Shown one piece after another: positions 49,921-59,224 of a stretch of DNA of 64,000 bases. Location: contig CAVZJV010000014.1 in the NCBI GenBank assembly GCA_963775685.1, forward strand, positions 2,016,001 through 2,080,000, in the 5' to 3' direction. Position 1 is the stretch's first letter; each line of letters begins with the position of its first letter. The translations under genes and the position numbers were made by a program. The notes under the pieces were generated by a model, which saw only the letters and a program-made list of their open reading frames with translations, had not been told where the DNA came from and did not search any database. This stretch comes from Candidatus Bathyarchaeota archaeon (lineage in GTDB: Archaea; Thermoproteota; Bathyarchaeia; Bathyarchaeales; Bathycorpusculaceae).

Positions 49921-49959
49921 ATACCTACAACCTTACCAATAGAGAATATAGGGTTTGTC

Positions 49960-50904
49960 GTGACTTGGATGGATGACTTGAAAGGAAAGAAAGTGTTAGT
50001 TACTGGTGGAGCAGGGTTCATAGGCTATCACCTATGCAGCAAGCTGTCGCAGTTAACTGGTGACCTGACTATTTACGATAACTTGTCAAGCGGCACCATG
50101 AAAAACGTTCAGGATGTTCCAAAAGCTAACTTCGTTAAAGGCGACATCTTAGACCTTAACACGTTGTGTATCCAAGAGAAGGCTGATTTGATTTACCATT
50201 TGGCAGCGCAAGTTGTTGTTGGGTACTCTATGGAGAATCCGCTTGTTGATTTTGAAACAAACGCTAAGGGGACTCTCCATGTTCTAGAAAAAGCACGTAA
50301 AGACGATGCCAAAGTAGTGTTTGCTTCCAGCGCGGCAGTATATGGTAACCCAACAGTCTTTCCTACTCCTGAAGCATATGGTTTTCATCCATTCTCATGC
50401 TACGGCTTATCCAAAGTAGTCGGTGAAGAATACTGCCAAATGTACCATGAACAATACGGTTTAGACATCGTCATTACAAGGTTCGCTAACGTTTACGGAT
50501 TGAGATGTCATGGTGTCATCCATGATTTCCTAGACAAGATGACTAAAGACCAAAACAAGCTAGTAATTATCGGTACAGGTCAGCAATGCCGCGACTTCGT
50601 GCATGTTTCCGATGTCGTGGAAGCTTTGGTTACGGTAGGTTCCAAAGACTCGGCTAACGGCGAAGTCTACAACTTAGGCCTTGGCAAAACCGTATCCATA
50701 CTTGAATTAGCCAAAATGATGCTAACTATCCTTAACCTCCAAAACAAAACCGTCATTGAAACCACGGGTATTTCTTGGCAGGGTGACGTAACCAAAATTT
50801 GGTTTGACATCTCCAAGGCCAAAAAAGAACTTAAATGGACTCCAAAAGTGACCTTGGAAGACAGCATAAAGGAAGTCATTACTGACAGGAAAATCAGCAT
50901 ATGA
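49960..50904 (+). CDS. NAD-dependent nucleotide-sugar epimerase/dehydratase
   Basis: VTGGAGFIG, HLAA, ASSAAVYG, YGLSK. Confidence 0.92.
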   Translation: MTWMDDLKGKKVLVTGGAGFIGYHLCSKLSQLTGDLTIYDNLSSGTMKNVQDVPKANFVKGDILDLNTLCIQEKADLIYHLAAQVVVGYSMENPLVDFETNAKGTLHVLEKARKDDAKVVFASSAAVYGNPTVFPTPEAYGFHPFSCYGLSKVVGEEYCQMYHEQYGLDIVITRFANVYGLRCHGVIHDFLDKMTKDQNKLVIIGTGQQCRDFVHVSDVVEALVTVGSKDSANGEVYNLGLGKTVSILELAKMMLTILNLQNKTVIETTGISWQGDVTKIWFDISKAKKELKWTPKVTLEDSIKEVITDRKISI

Positions 50905-51812
50905 GCCATCCAGCACCAGCCAGAGGCCTAATCGCGCTACTGAGGCTTCCCTATTGGCTTATGACTGGCGGCTTGGCATTGCTTACGGCGTTCGCCATCT
51001 TGAAAGGTAACCTTTCAAGTGTTCAAACAACATTGGGCGCTTTGAGTTTTTGGGAAGTTGCAGGTCTAACCTTTTTTTCGATGGCATTCATAGCGTCCGC
51101 GGGGTTTGCCATAAACGACTACTTTGATCGTGAAAGCGATGCTGTCATCAAACCCAAACGCCCCCTTCCATCGGGCGCGCTTTCACTCACACAAGTTGTT
51201 GCAGTTTCAGTTGCTCTCTTTGCTTTAGGTTTAGTTATGGCTTTTTTTGTTAACTTGCTCAGTTTTGCCATAATTGCTGTTGACTCGGTTCTACTCTTGC
51301 TTTACTCCTACTTGGTGAAGCGGAAGTCAGGGTTCGCCGCTAACCTGTTAATGGGTGTTTTGACGGGTACAGCCTTCATCTACGGACAAGCTACCGTTTC
51401 AGGCACAATCACCTTGGTTTCGTTAAGCCTATATCCAATAGCTTTTGGAACCATAGGTGGCAATGTCCTTCGAGACATTCTAAGCTTAGACGGCGACTCC
51501 AAAGTCGGTTATCCCACATTACCGCAGAAAATTGGCAGCATCAGCGCAGCCAAAGTTGGTGCCATATTCTTTCTATTAACTGGTCTTTTGGCTCCTCTTC
51601 CAGCTATTCCTTTTTTCACAGGGCATTTTACGGTGTATTATTTACCGCTAATTCTGCTGTGGAGCATACTGTTAATTTACTCCTCTATCCGTCTATTCGT
51701 GTCCACTTCAACCATAGCGGATATACGCAAGTATGAGCGTTTGGTAACGATGTCAATGATGTTGCTTCCGCTTGCACTCATCGTTGAGGCTGTCTTTGGA
51801 TGGTTAATATGA
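50901..51812 (+). CDS. UbiA-family prenyltransferase, DGGGP-synthase-like
   Basis: INDYFDRESD..KPKRPLPSG first Asp-rich motif, RDILSLDGD second motif, ~8 TM helices. Confidence 0.85.
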   Translation: MSHPAPARGLIALLRLPYWLMTGGLALLTAFAILKGNLSSVQTTLGALSFWEVAGLTFFSMAFIASAGFAINDYFDRESDAVIKPKRPLPSGALSLTQVVAVSVALFALGLVMAFFVNLLSFAIIAVDSVLLLLYSYLVKRKSGFAANLLMGVLTGTAFIYGQATVSGTITLVSLSLYPIAFGTIGGNVLRDILSLDGDSKVGYPTLPQKIGSISAAKVGAIFFLLTGLLAPLPAIPFFTGHFTVYYLPLILLWSILLIYSSIRLFVSTSTIADIRKYERLVTMSMMLLPLALIVEAVFGWLI

Positions 51813-53275
51813 GCGAAACCAAAAGCATCTGTCCCGAATGCCAAAAGAAAATAGACGCACAATTACGGGCAGCCAATGGCAAAATCCAAATCACAAAACA
51901 ATGCCCTGAACACGGAGATTTCAAAGCTACCCACTGGCAAAGCACACCAATATACAATCACATGCAAAAATACGACCAGTTCCAGTATCTCGGCGACCTC
52001 AACGCGCCCAAAAACCCCGACGGTTGCCCCTACAAATGTGAAACCTGCAACAAACATGCTTCAGGTACAGTCATCGGAGTAATCGACGTAACTAAACGCT
52101 GCAACTTCAAGTGTGCAGTTTGCTTCTCCACTTTTCCAGATCAGGAAGCGGATTATGAACCCACTAAAGAAGCCCTTATAAACATGCTCGAGTTCGCAGC
52201 CAAAGCTAACCCCAAACCCCCTGCAATTCTGTTCTCAGGCGGAGAACCACTTGAGCGGGAAGATATGCCTGAAATCATAGCTGCTGCTCACAGACTTAAG
52301 TTCATGACTATTCTCGCGACCAATGGGACGCATTTGGTTGACACCCCTGGGTTAGCGAAGAAGCTTAAAGATAGCGGCTTAAACATTGTTTATTTGTCGT
52401 TTGACAGTTTTCATGAGGAATTTAACAAAAGGGTCAGAGGACGAGAACTCTTAGATATGAAGCTCAAGGCTATTGATGTTTGTCGCATGCACGACATGGA
52501 AATAATTCTTGTCAATACCCTCATGAAGAGCTTAAACGATAAAGAAGTCGGCGACATGATTCGTTTCGCCGCCAAAAACACCGACATCGTCCGAGGTTTA
52601 ATCTTCCAGCCAATTGCATTTACGGGTAGGGCAACTGAGAACCCGTTCCGCGAAAACTTTCGGGAATGGAGCTTTGCTGAGGACGTTGAAAAACAAACAA
52701 GTGGCGAAATAAAATCTACTGATTTGTATCCGATGTCGGTTATGACTTCGCCGATAAAAATTATGCGTAAATTTATGCAGAAGCCTTGGCCGCTTTTCTC
52801 CTGCAGCCCACAATGCGGTATAGTTAACTGGGTTTACGTATCGAAAAGCGGCAAAATGTTCCCTATCAACCGTTTTGTAAACTTCGACCGATTTTTTAAC
52901 AGCATACGCAAAACAGCCGAAAATGCCGAATCTAAAGGCAAAATGTCCCTTCTCTCATCGCTATTTATGGCTTCTATGCTGTCGATGGACATGTTTTTAG
53001 TTACTAAAGAAGTCGGTATGCACACTCTGATGAAATCAATTATGCGGATGCACCTTGCTCCATCCTATCAATCGCTGGGCAAAATCCGGAGGAGAATATT
53101 CCTCTTGGGCTGCATGGCATTCATGGATTCATACAACTTCGACGTTAACCGCGTAAGACGATGCGTTGTGCATTACATTACGCCGGATTTGAAGATTATT
53201 CCATTCTGCGCATACAATAATGTGCACCGGGTTGCGATAGAAAAAGACTATGCGGGTAGACACAAGATAGCTTGA
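51809..53275 (+). CDS. tes: Tetraether lipid synthase (Tes/GDGT-MAS family radical SAM)
   Basis: N-terminal SICPEC..KQCPEHG metal site, GCPYKCETC..H, DVTKRCNFKCAVC, and C-terminal GCMAFMD.YNFD..RVRRCVVHY..PD..IIPFCAYN. ATGA overlap with the ubiA stop. Confidence 0.85.
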   Translation: MSETKSICPECQKKIDAQLRAANGKIQITKQCPEHGDFKATHWQSTPIYNHMQKYDQFQYLGDLNAPKNPDGCPYKCETCNKHASGTVIGVIDVTKRCNFKCAVCFSTFPDQEADYEPTKEALINMLEFAAKANPKPPAILFSGGEPLEREDMPEIIAAAHRLKFMTILATNGTHLVDTPGLAKKLKDSGLNIVYLSFDSFHEEFNKRVRGRELLDMKLKAIDVCRMHDMEIILVNTLMKSLNDKEVGDMIRFAAKNTDIVRGLIFQPIAFTGRATENPFRENFREWSFAEDVEKQTSGEIKSTDLYPMSVMTSPIKIMRKFMQKPWPLFSCSPQCGIVNWVYVSKSGKMFPINRFVNFDRFFNSIRKTAENAESKGKMSLLSSLFMASMLSMDMFLVTKEVGMHTLMKSIMRMHLAPSYQSLGKIRRRIFLLGCMAFMDSYNFDVNRVRRCVVHYITPDLKIIPFCAYNNVHRVAIEKDYAGRHKIA

Positions 53276-53392
53276 TTGAAAACATATTGAGAATAATCTA
53301 AGATCTGTCAAAAAACCAAACAAAACTGACCTATTCGGACTGATTGCGCTTTTTTATCGATGGGCCCTTCTTTAAGGCGAAGACATGCCTTC

Positions 53393-53953
53393 TTAGTTTA
53401 TTACTTGAATTTTTAGAACGCAGTAGTTCTGAGTAAAGGTGAGTGCGCCGTCGCTGCCCTGTTGCCAGAGCTCAAAAACCACCGAGTAGTCCCCTAAAAG
53501 TTTCTGGGTGATGCTCGCTGTTTTCTCCACTGATTTCCCATCGTTACTAATACTGCCCATATCTATGATTTGACTTGGCTGGACAGCAATTGGAAACGTG
53601 GTGAAGTTCTCCACAATTTTTACCTGTACCTGATAGCTGGCGGTCTCTCTCATGTGGTTTTCTACGTTAACGGAGACGCTGAAGGTGGTATTCTGGTTGG
53701 CGACTAAAACTTTTGGGTAATCAACCGCTTTATTGTGGGCATCAAGCAAGTAAATGGTGTTGTAGGATTCTGCTGGAGGCCTAAGCCAAACGTAGTACCC
53801 TATAACCGTGGCGGAAACGATAATTAACGCAAGGAAAATTGCAACAGCATAGCCCTTTTCCTCATCTAAACCGATTTTTCTTCCAATTCTCTTGGCACTT
53901 TCTAAACGTATCCGCATCCATAAATCCCCTAAACATAGTGCTAAATATCTCAA
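53393..53953 (-). CDS. DUF1616-like membrane-anchored Ig-like protein
   Basis: TM helix then ESYNTIYLLD..KAVDYP..V.VENHM...Y..VFELW. The true start is probably downstream of 53953. Confidence 0.7.
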   Translation of the reverse strand: MRYLALCLGDLWMRIRLESAKRIGRKIGLDEEKGYAVAIFLALIIVSATVIGYYVWLRPPAESYNTIYLLDAHNKAVDYPKVLVANQNTTFSVSVNVENHMRETASYQVQVKIVENFTTFPIAVQPSQIIDMGSISNDGKSVEKTASITQKLLGDYSVVFELWQQGSDGALTFTQNYCVLKIQVIN

Positions 53954-54602
53954 TTCCCGACTTAAATCTTCTCAGTTTAGGTCTTCCATATTTTCGTGTT
54001 TTGTAAGTGGTGGGGACCTCAATCATGCTGTAGCCTTCCTTGGCGAATTGAATGAGCATCTCTGTTGCATAAGCCATATCGTATGCTTTGAGTTCCACGT
54101 TGTCGATGGCGTCGTGGGATATTGCTCGGAAACCCGACTGGGTGTCGCTAAGAAATTGGCTGAAAAAGAAATCGTAGAAGGTGGTGATGACTTTGTTGCC
54201 GATAAAATTCATAAGTCCCATGGCTTTGTTGGGGTCGTACATGCGGGTGGCTAAAACCATGTCGGCGTCTTTCTCAATCATTTTGGTTATCATGCGGTTG
54301 ATGTGTCTTACTTCGTAGGTTCCGTCGCCGTCAACCATTATGATGATGTTGCCTTTTGCGTTCTTCATGCCTGTCATTAGTGCTAAGCCATAACCGCGTC
54401 TAGGTTCTATGATGAGCTTGCAGTAGCCTAAGCCTTGAACTATTTCTTTAGTGCCATCCGTCGAGTTTCCGTCAACAACGATGATTTCCTTAGGATAAGA
54501 CAAATCATTATGAATTGTAGAGACGGCTTCCAGAATATTACCCGCTTCGTTGAGTGTTGGAATTACCACCGAAACCATTTCAACTTTTGACGTCATTGGC
54601 AC
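53862..54602 (-). CDS. GT2 glycosyltransferase
   Basis: SVVIPTLNEA, VDGNSTDGT, DGDGTY, SDTQSGFRA. Confidence 0.9.
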   Translation of the reverse strand: MPMTSKVEMVSVVIPTLNEAGNILEAVSTIHNDLSYPKEIIVVDGNSTDGTKEIVQGLGYCKLIIEPRRGYGLALMTGMKNAKGNIIIMVDGDGTYEVRHINRMITKMIEKDADMVLATRMYDPNKAMGLMNFIGNKVITTFYDFFFSQFLSDTQSGFRAISHDAIDNVELKAYDMAYATEMLIQFAKEGYSMIEVPTTYKTRKYGRPKLRRFKSGIEIFSTMFRGFMDADTFRKCQENWKKNRFR

Positions 54603-54641
54603 ACATCCATTTCAAGAGGCTAATATGTTTCCGTCACATGG

Positions 54642-55799
54642 TTAAATAAGTTCTTCGTATATTTCAACAAGCCTTTCAACGTTTGCATCCCAGCTGTATT
54701 TTTCTTCCATCATGGCGCGAAGTTCTTTTTTGCGTGAACAAAAATCAATAGCTGCAAAATCCAAAACTGCCTTCACAAGTAGTTCTGGTTGGTTAGGCGG
54801 CACCAGTTTCCCATAATCCTCTGTGAGAACCTCTCTTATCCCCCCAACGTCGGTGGCTATAACTGGGAGTCCGCATGCCATTGCTTCAAGCGCAACCAGC
54901 GGCAGGCCTTCACCTGATTTAGAAGGCAACACAAACAAGTCTGCAACATTGTAGTACGATGGCAAATCCTCATCGCTGACAAACCCTGATAGCCTGAAGT
55001 TAGCTTCAATCCCCAATTGGGTAACGTGTAACTTGACACTTTCCATATCTGGACCTTTACCGACAACCAAAAATACAATTTTAGGGTTCCTTTTAACCGC
55101 AATGTTCGCAGTGTCTATTAGTGTGTCGACACCGTTTTTGTAAACAAGTCGTCTCACTGTTAGAACTACGGTGGCGTGTTGGGGAATCCCGAGTTTTTTC
55201 CGCATTTCCTCGCGTTTTCCCGTTATTGGTCGAAACCTTGCTAAGTCAACGCCGTTGTAGATGACGCTGACTTTGCTTGGTTTTGCGCCTAACCTTAACA
55301 CATAATCTTTAGTTGCGCCGCTTATCGCGATGATTTTGTCTGCGGTTTTGAGGTTTTGTTTTCCCACTGTCAAATCGTTTAAACGCTCAACATTGTCAAA
55401 GATATTGTTGTAGTCGATGAAGGTGTTGTGTTGGGTGAGTACGAAAGGTTTGCTGCATAGTTTGGCTAATTTACCTGCTGTGAGTGAGGTTAGGTATGGA
55501 TGTCCATGAGCGTGGACAATCTTGCTTGATTTCACTGCTTTAACAAAGGTTGGAAAGCTGGGCACGGTTGGAATTGAGTAAGGAATGCCGAGGCGGAACC
55601 CTGTGTTGAGTGATTCATAACATTCGACAGGCACCCCATCGACCATGTAGTGTTTAGGTGTTTCTATTCTGTTGGTTACTACCATAGGTGCAAAATTTCT
55701 CTTCTGTAGACGCTTGCTTTGTTCATTAACCACCTTCTCTATTCCGCCAACATGCGGCAAGAAAGTGTGTGTAACAATGCAGAGGCGAATTTGAACCAT
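54642..55799 (-). CDS. GT4 glycosyltransferase
   Basis: PHVGGIE, IYNGVD, RRLVYKNG, EGLPLVALEAMACGLPV. Confidence 0.9.
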   Translation of the reverse strand: MVQIRLCIVTHTFLPHVGGIEKVVNEQSKRLQKRNFAPMVVTNRIETPKHYMVDGVPVECYESLNTGFRLGIPYSIPTVPSFPTFVKAVKSSKIVHAHGHPYLTSLTAGKLAKLCSKPFVLTQHNTFIDYNNIFDNVERLNDLTVGKQNLKTADKIIAISGATKDYVLRLGAKPSKVSVIYNGVDLARFRPITGKREEMRKKLGIPQHATVVLTVRRLVYKNGVDTLIDTANIAVKRNPKIVFLVVGKGPDMESVKLHVTQLGIEANFRLSGFVSDEDLPSYYNVADLFVLPSKSGEGLPLVALEAMACGLPVIATDVGGIREVLTEDYGKLVPPNQPELLVKAVLDFAAIDFCSRKKELRAMMEEKYSWDANVERLVEIYEELI

Positions 55800-55899
55800 G
55801 GAAGCCCAACGGGTAAAACCTCAATCGGCAGACTATTATAATCTTCTGGTAAACAATGGCAAATGGTCTGCAGGGGGTTCTGGCACATTTTTGTTGAAA

Positions 55900-56391
55900 T
55901 TATGGTGGGGTGTCTATGCTCTTCAAAGCACGGGTATACACGTTTGAGGATGCTCCAGCAACCAAAGCGCCTATGGCGTCGTTAGTGAGCGGCGGAAGTT
56001 TTTTTAGGATGCCTGGTTTGGCTTGGTCAAAGCGTACGAACTCAAACATGCCTTTTGACCCGCCGATGTAGGTGGCTATAGCTATCCCTATAAGTTCGTC
56101 AGCGACCAGCCCCGGTCTGCCCATAAATCTCTCCCTGGTTAATCCTGGAATTCGTCCGTTCTCTGCTTCTTCTTGGGCGTGGAAGGCGGCAACGATTAGG
56201 GTGGAGACGTTAACGTCAGTTAGGATGTCGAGGAGTTCGGATCTGAGCATTTCGGAGGCTTTTTCTTCGGTTTCTATGCCTGGGTGCGGAACGTACATTT
56301 CGAGAGCTGCGTGAATGAGGCTTTTGAGGGAAATGTCTTTTTTTTCCAGGTACTCAAGCAAAGGAGGGATTTTATCGGTCATGTGATTCAA
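55900..56391 (-). CDS. cobZ: Archaeal alpha-ribazole-5'-phosphate phosphatase CobZ
   Basis: DVNVSTLIVAA, LVADELIGIAIATYIGG.KG.F.F.RFD..KPGIL..LPP, in a cob gene context. Confidence 0.85.
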   Translation of the reverse strand: MNHMTDKIPPLLEYLEKKDISLKSLIHAALEMYVPHPGIETEEKASEMLRSELLDILTDVNVSTLIVAAFHAQEEAENGRIPGLTRERFMGRPGLVADELIGIAIATYIGGSKGMFEFVRFDQAKPGILKKLPPLTNDAIGALVAGASSNVYTRALKSIDTPP

Positions 56392-56691
56392 CCTTTGTTT
56401 TAGAAGTTTGGGACTGTTTTAAGTGTTATGTGGCAGGTTTACCGTAACGCTTATATGAAAAGGTTGGATAAACCAACCAAATGGTATGTGTGATAATTTG
56501 ATAAACATTAAGAAAACATTGCCAGTTCAAGCCAAAGTTTTACTGAAAGGTAAATTATCTGAAAGTTTGACAAGTAAAACCTTATTTTCATGTTTATCTG
56601 TTTCTATACATAAGAGTCAATTTTACGTTCACCCAAAACCCATAACCCAAATAATGGTTGAGGGTGAAATTAGTTAGGAGGAAAAAACAAG

Positions 56692-57363
56692 ATGAAAGTT
56701 GTTGCTTCATGGAGCGGCGGCAAAGACAGCGCCTACGCATACTTCTTGGCCACCCAGCGGGGTCACCAAATAATTAACCTATTAACTATGATGATGAGCG
56801 AAGAAAAATCAAATTTCCACATGATACCCTCAGGAATCCTTGATGCACAAGCAGAAGCTATCGGGATACCCTTGATTAAAAAAACTACATCGGCAGCAAA
56901 GTACGAGGAGGATTTCAAGGCTGCTCTGCTCGAATGCAAAGCAAAGGGCGCGCAGGGTTTAGTTACGGGGGACATCTATGAGGTTGCTGGGCATGAGGAA
57001 GGTTGGCTTGGGCGAATCTGCAAAGAAGTAGGCTTAACCCCTGTTAAGCCGCTTTGGATGGGTGACACAAAACAAATCTACCTTGATTATCTAAAAACTG
57101 GCTTCCAAGCCACCGTTGTGCGCACCAAACTTGAGTTGCTTGGCTTAGATTGGCTGGGTAGACCATTGAACCGAAAGTTCTATGACGACATCCTTAAACT
57201 TGGCAATGTTGACGCATGCGGCGAAGGCGGTGAATACCACACCGTCATAACCGATGGACCAACCTTCGAGAAAAAGATTGAAATCCAAGAAACACAGAAG
57301 CATAAGCTTGAGGGCGGTTTTGGATACTTGGAAATCAAGAGATTCAAAGTTATGCCCAAGTAA
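56692..57363 (+). CDS. Dph6-like ATP pyrophosphatase #3, first gene of the cobT-cobS-cobY operon
   Basis: Canonical SWSGGKDS, VTGDI, PLW and DACGEGGEYHT motifs; strong AGGAGG RBS. Confidence 0.9.
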   Translation: MKVVASWSGGKDSAYAYFLATQRGHQIINLLTMMMSEEKSNFHMIPSGILDAQAEAIGIPLIKKTTSAAKYEEDFKAALLECKAKGAQGLVTGDIYEVAGHEEGWLGRICKEVGLTPVKPLWMGDTKQIYLDYLKTGFQATVVRTKLELLGLDWLGRPLNRKFYDDILKLGNVDACGEGGEYHTVITDGPTFEKKIEIQETQKHKLEGGFGYLEIKRFKVMPK

Positions 57364-57375
57364 AGGGAAACCAAA

Positions 57376-58464
57376 ATGGACGTACTGATTTCGAATAACA
57401 CGTTGAAGGCCAAAGCTTTCCTTGACGAAATAGAAGCCAAAAACCCACTTTTCCTCTGCACCATAGCCACAACTGAAACCGGCAAAATCCCAGGGTTATC
57501 CGCGGCTGGTGCCAATCCTGACTTTACCGATTTCACCCCGCCCGCAGATGCGGAGCTGCTACTGTTGGGCAAGTGCAAATCTATTCAAGGCGTCCCAATT
57601 ACACCCGACGGCATTCCGACGCCTGGTTTGATAACCACATCAGCCCTGCATTTAGCTGACATACCTGTGCTGGTTGTCAACGGCGGCGTGAAGGTTAAGC
57701 CTCAGATTCCCTACGTTGATTTAGGTGGCAATCCTGGGCGAGACATCCGTACCGGCGACTCTGTTGACAATGTCGAAGAAGTCATCGAACGCGCCAAGGT
57801 CTTAGGTGAACAACTAGCGAAAGTGTCGGATTATCTTGTAATAGGTGAGAGCATTCCCGGTGGAACCACAACAGCGCTCGGCGTCCTGTCGGCTTTGGGC
57901 GTTAACGCGCAGGGCAAAGTCAGTAGTACTCTTCCTGAGAATCCTCATAATTTAAAGGCAGAAGTGGTTGCGGCAGGTTTGAAGGCAGCAGGAGAAAAAT
58001 TCGGTAGCCTAAAACGCAGCCCCATAAAAGCTGTGTCATGCGTGGGTGATCCCATGATGGCAGCAATGGCTGGTTTGGTTATCGGTGGAGCAAGACAGGG
58101 ACCTGTTTTGATGGCTGGTGGAACCCAGATGACTGCAGTTTTGGCTGTAATTAATGCCTTGAATCCTGAGTCACTCTGCAACGTGGCTGTGGGAACGACT
58201 CGGTGGGTGGTAAATGACGTGAAGTCCGACATTTGCGGCATCGTTAAGCAGTTCTGCCAAGTGCCGATAATAGCGGCAGACTTGGACTTTGGTCCCTCAA
58301 AGTATCCGGGTTTACAGATCTATGAAACAGGACTTGTCAAGGAGGGCGTTGGAGCGGGCGGAGCCTCGATTGCGGCGATGTCAAAGACCGGTGGTGCAGT
58401 TTCAAAGGATATACTTCTTAAGGAAATAGAGCGTAACTATGCTTCACTGATGAACAAAAAGTGA
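57376..58464 (+). CDS. cobT: Archaeal-type nicotinate-nucleotide:base phosphoribosyltransferase CobT
   Basis: TETGKIPGLSAAG, TPPADAE, GESIPGGTTTA, GDPM, LMAGGTQM, VKEGVGAGG. Confidence 0.9.
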   Translation: MDVLISNNTLKAKAFLDEIEAKNPLFLCTIATTETGKIPGLSAAGANPDFTDFTPPADAELLLLGKCKSIQGVPITPDGIPTPGLITTSALHLADIPVLVVNGGVKVKPQIPYVDLGGNPGRDIRTGDSVDNVEEVIERAKVLGEQLAKVSDYLVIGESIPGGTTTALGVLSALGVNAQGKVSSTLPENPHNLKAEVVAAGLKAAGEKFGSLKRSPIKAVSCVGDPMMAAMAGLVIGGARQGPVLMAGGTQMTAVLAVINALNPESLCNVAVGTTRWVVNDVKSDICGIVKQFCQVPIIAADLDFGPSKYPGLQIYETGLVKEGVGAGGASIAAMSKTGGAVSKDILLKEIERNYASLMNKK

Positions 58465-58471
58465 AGCGCGC

Positions 58472-59224
58472 TTGGTCATTAGACAACTAAAAAATCTTCT
58501 TTCTTTCTTAACCGTTTTCCCAGTCGCCATGGACGGGAATCTTCTTACTGACTGCGCACAAAACATGTGGGCTTTTCCGCTATTTGGTGCGTTCCTCGGT
58601 TTCTTGGCGGGATTGTTTGGTTTGGTGGCTTTCCGCCTTTTGCCCAGCATAGTTGCGGGCGCACTGGTTTTGGCTCTGCTGCTATGGATGACAGGGTTGC
58701 ATCATACTGATGGGCTGCTGGATTTTGGCGACGGCGTTATGGCACACGGTTCAACGGAACACAAAATTGACGTCATGCATGACCAACTCACAGGCGCCGG
58801 CGGCTTAGCCCTGGGAATCCTGACTATATTAATCTCTGTGCTAGCGTTTGGGCAACTAAACATTAGCCTTATTCTTCCTTCAGTGATTGTGGTTGAGCTC
58901 TGCGCCAAGCTTTCGATGGTTGTGGCGGCTTGGGCAGGCAAATCAGTGCATCAAGGTATGAATTCGCCGTTTCTTGAAGCCATGCACGGACGCGGCGGCA
59001 ACCTGCGCTTGGGGGCGGCACTAATAATCTCTTTCGCTGCGGGATTGCTTTTGTTGAAGTTTGCAGGAATCCTTGTTGTTTTGGCCGGTATAATTACAGG
59101 TTTAGTGATGGTCGCTGTTGCCCACGAGCACTTCAAAGGTGTCACAGGCGACGTGTTTGGCGCCACAAACGAGTTGACAAGGCTGGTTTGCGTGGTTGTT
59201 TTGGTGGCGGTGGTTATACGGTAA
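58472..59224 (+). CDS. cobS: Cobamide synthase CobS, copy 2
   Basis: SFLTVFP, TGLHHTDGLLDFGDG, MHD..TGAGG, FKGVTGDVFGATNE. Confidence 0.9.
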   Translation: MVIRQLKNLLSFLTVFPVAMDGNLLTDCAQNMWAFPLFGAFLGFLAGLFGLVAFRLLPSIVAGALVLALLLWMTGLHHTDGLLDFGDGVMAHGSTEHKIDVMHDQLTGAGGLALGILTILISVLAFGQLNISLILPSVIVVELCAKLSMVVAAWAGKSVHQGMNSPFLEAMHGRGGNLRLGAALIISFAAGLLLLKFAGILVVLAGIITGLVMVAVAHEHFKGVTGDVFGATNELTRLVCVVVLVAVVIR

